Shown here: one piece after another, positions 60,812 through 64,000 of the stretch
How positions within the stretch are numbered: position 1 is the stretch's first letter
How the letters are laid out: each line of letters starts with the position of its first letter
Assembly (NCBI GenBank): GCA_030704615.1
Contig: CM060733.1
Span: 434,001-498,000, forward strand
Direction: 5' to 3'
Length of the DNA stretch: 64,000 nucleotides
Origin: Takakia lepidozioides
Lineage: Eukaryota; Plantae; Bryophyta
Notes under the pieces: generated by a model
The model's input: the letters and a program-made list of their open reading frames with translations, nothing else
Told to the model about the DNA's origin: nothing
The model's database searches: none
Program-made: the position numbers and the translations under genes

Positions 60812-63800
60812 ATGCTGCGTAGGCGTGGGAACAAGCAAACAGGTAGGAATGCCGAGACCGCGCCTGCGTCGTCTGAATCGCTGCAAGTAACAAGTGATGA
60901 GAGCAAAACCCCTGATAAGTCCAAGGACTCGGATACGGCAGAATCCAAGCCACCCTCTCTTCCCCTCCCCTCAAAAAGTGAAAAGAAAGCCAAGGTCTCC
61001 AAATGCCGCTGTATTCACGACTGCTGCTGGTTCATAGGCTGCATTTGCGTTTCCTGGTGGTCTCTTTTGGTGCTGTACAACGCTTTGCCATCGCTGCCCC
61101 AGTTCGTGACAGAGGCGATTACAGGGCCTCTTCCTGATCCTCCGGGCGTCAAATTGGTGAAGGAGGGGCTTCGTGCACATCATCCAGTTGTGTTTGTTCC
61201 GGGTATCGTGACTGGAGGTCTGGAGCTATGGGAGGGACACCCCTGCGCAGATGGGTTATTTAGGAAAAGGCTCTGGGGGGGGACCTTTGGTGAGGTTTAT
61301 AAAAGGTGGGTTCATTCATTGCATGAACTAGTACAAGTAAGGATTGTCTTGTTCAGTTGTGAGCAGAAGACACTGCATGGCCACCAATTGTGAGCTTTGT
61401 AAATTCAAAGTGCCTGTCACATCTGGGGTTTTTCTGCATCAACTAACTAACAGTCTTCGAAGTTGAAATTCTCCTTCAACTGTATGGGCTTATGTTCTTT
61501 CTTACTTGACATCTGGACCGCGCATCACTGATCAGTAGAAGTGGAATCATATACTTCAATGTGTGTACAGGGGTATTGTGGTCTGTTTTCTCGCACGTCC
61601 AGGTAGATTCCTATATGTTCCTTGAAGACTGACAGACATCAGAACTTTTGCTGGTTCTGAGTATTCTTCGTGGTTGTCACTATCGACAGGCCAAAATGCT
61701 GGATTGAGCACATGATACTGGACAATGAGACTGGGCTGGACCCAGCTGGGGTTAAGGTTCGGCATGTATCTGGCCTGGTGGCAGCAGACTATTTTGCTCC
61801 TGGCTATTTTGTGTGGGCAGTTCTGATTGAGAATCTGGCTCGCATTGGTTATGAAGAAAGGAATATGCACATGGCGGCTTACGATTGGCGCCTCACTTTC
61901 CAAAATACAGAGGTGTTTATGTCACTCTCTCCGACCTGGATGCCAATGCCAATAATTCAGTCTTGACAGACCCTTCTTCTTTTTCACCCTGAGAGCAAGA
62001 GAGATAATGCAGAGAGGTCGCTTTAGCTGGAACAAACGAAACTAAAAAGGGAGGGATGGACAAATTTTATAAGGAGGCAGGTGAAGAGTTCCCTTGCACC
62101 GAGAAAAGAAAGGCCTCTTTCCTTCCTTCCCATTTATTTTGTGGAGGGGAAGGTTGTGGATGTGGCAAGCCGTGTCGTATAAGTATTTGGGGAAATCATG
62201 TGCATGAAGAGGTTTATTGTTCTAGGTAAGGGTGGCTTTCGATTGGGTGGCTACATGTGTTGGCACACGGTTTGTAACTCTAAGGTAAAGAAAGGGGCAC
62301 CCTTTTGTGTATCTTAGATACAGTTCTCCAAGTCTGTTACGAAATGTGGTTCAATTGGCTCAAAACTGAGCAGAAACTCACTTTGTTGGAAAACCTGCTC
62401 TACAGGTACGTGACAAATCCTTAAGCAGACTGAAGAGCAGCATAGAGAACCTAGTTCACACCAACAATGGCAACAAAGTGGTTGTCATCCCTCACTCCAT
62501 GGGCTCTCTCTACTTCTTGCACTTCATGAAGTGGGTTGAGGCTCCTGCACCTATTGGAGGTGGTGGTGGACCTGACTGGTGTGCCCGTCACATACGTGCA
62601 ATGATGAACATTGGGGGCCCCTTTCTGGGTGTGCCCAAAGCATTTGCAGGACTATTTTCTGCAGAAGGCAAGGACATTGCCGTTGCTAGGTGAGCAAGAA
62701 ACAGGTGAAGCCGCCAACACCAATTTGTCTTAAATGGACATGAGGAGGAGGGAGGGCACCACAGAGGGGAGAGAGAGTCACACTGGCAGTGGACAAGCTA
62801 GCTCTCCAATTGTTATCTAATCTCGTAGCGTTGATAGCCATTCACCTTTGCTATTTTTCTCTAATAATCTGCTTCATGAAAAATTGAACTATGTTTCAGG
62901 GCAATTGCACCAGGGGTGCTAGATTCGGACCTTTTTGGGCTTCAAACATTACAGCACATCATGCGAGTGACACGCTCATGGGATTCTTGCATGTCCATGA
63001 TACCCAAAGGGGGCAATGTCATCTGGGGAGATGCTGAGTGGTCACCGGAAGAAGGTCACGATTGCTCAAAGAAGAAGCCCATCCCTGAGGATGGTGGTGC
63101 TGCCCGACAAGCCAAAGAAGACAATACAACTGGGATTCTGCTAGGGCCACATGGTAAACCATATGCACATTACGGGAGGATGTTTTCTTTTGGGAAAGAC
63201 TCTGCGCAGCTCCCTTATTCAATCATACTGAAAAAAAGACATGAGGCCAAGGTGAATATCATAAACATCTGGCCACTTCTGTCAAGTGTGATTTTCTGTG
63301 AACAGATCTTTTTTATTCCTTCGGATTGGTTCACAAAATCTTCTTGCATTTCCTCTAGATATGGTCTTTTCCTTTTGATTTCATTACATATTGAATGGAA
63401 GTTTGGAGTTTACTTTGCACGCACTTCTCTCTGTCTCTGCCGGATTTCTGTCCACCAGTTGGGAGGGTGTTATAGCCATAGCCACATGTGTTACATCTGT
63501 TGCAAGCTAGATGGTCAGTGCTGGATGAACCTCATGCTTTCTAGCATGTTCTCAGTGCTAGCTCTTCAAGGGTACGTTGCTGAGAATGGTTGCAGAGAAT
63601 GGTCAATGTGTATATAGCACATTCCCGCCTGTTCCTTCTTTCTTTGGGCCAAGCAGTTTTTCAACCAAGCACATGTATCAGCACACTACACTATGTGCTC
63701 AGTTAACTGAGTAATTGAGTGCCTGTGGCAGGTGCCAGCAACCCATGTACCATTGCCCTCCAATGCGTCATGTGGAGACGTGTGGACAGAGTACCAAGAG

Positions 63801-63994
63801 ATGAGTTGGAAGGATGTGCAAGAGGTAGTCAATCAGGGGATCTTTCCAGCTGATGATCTGGTTAGTCTTTTACAGTGGGTGGCCCCTAAGTTGATGGTGC
63901 GAGGTGATGATAACTGGGGCTATGGTATTGCTGATGATTTGAGCGATCCCAAATACCAACATTATCGGCATTGGTCAAACCCCCTTGAGACCAT
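60812..63994 (+). CDS. PDAT: Phospholipid:diacylglycerol acyltransferase (LCAT family), 5' part; exons 60812-61305, 61690-61912, 62406-62689, 62900-63251, 63732-63994; continues beyond window
   Basis: HPVVFVPGIVTGGLELWEG..LFRKRLWG, AAYDWRL, lipase motif PHSMG and HWSNPLET; GT-AG junctions. Confidence 0.95.
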
Positions 63995-64000
63995 GTGAGT

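Overview
Eukaryotic nuclear DNA from a land plant with flagellated sperm, probably a bryophyte or lycophyte (inferred from an NME7/NDK7 ciliary gene alongside plant-type genes). Five host genes are supported: SKIP31-like F-box, ELL-associated factor (EAF), NME7/NDK7, a MUSTACHES/At4g36180-type LRR receptor-like kinase, and PDAT (cut off by the window end). They lie among decayed transposons: Gypsy integrase, L1, hAT, MITEs and SINEs. The main observations are two ~10-11 kb Mutator-like (MULE/SWIM) transposons with accessory cargo. Element A (~651-10901) carries a spliced, phage-like ParB-domain plus beta-class DNA amino-methyltransferase gene whose own introns hold arrays of a 20-bp palindrome. 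Element B (41164-52005, 9-bp TSD) carries C2H2, unknown and Ulp1-like ORFs and is saturated with a GGTCTG(C) motif. Three copies of an ~85-nt, highly structured, TSD-flanked retroposon are also present. All calls come from reading the sequence by eye; no database searches were run.
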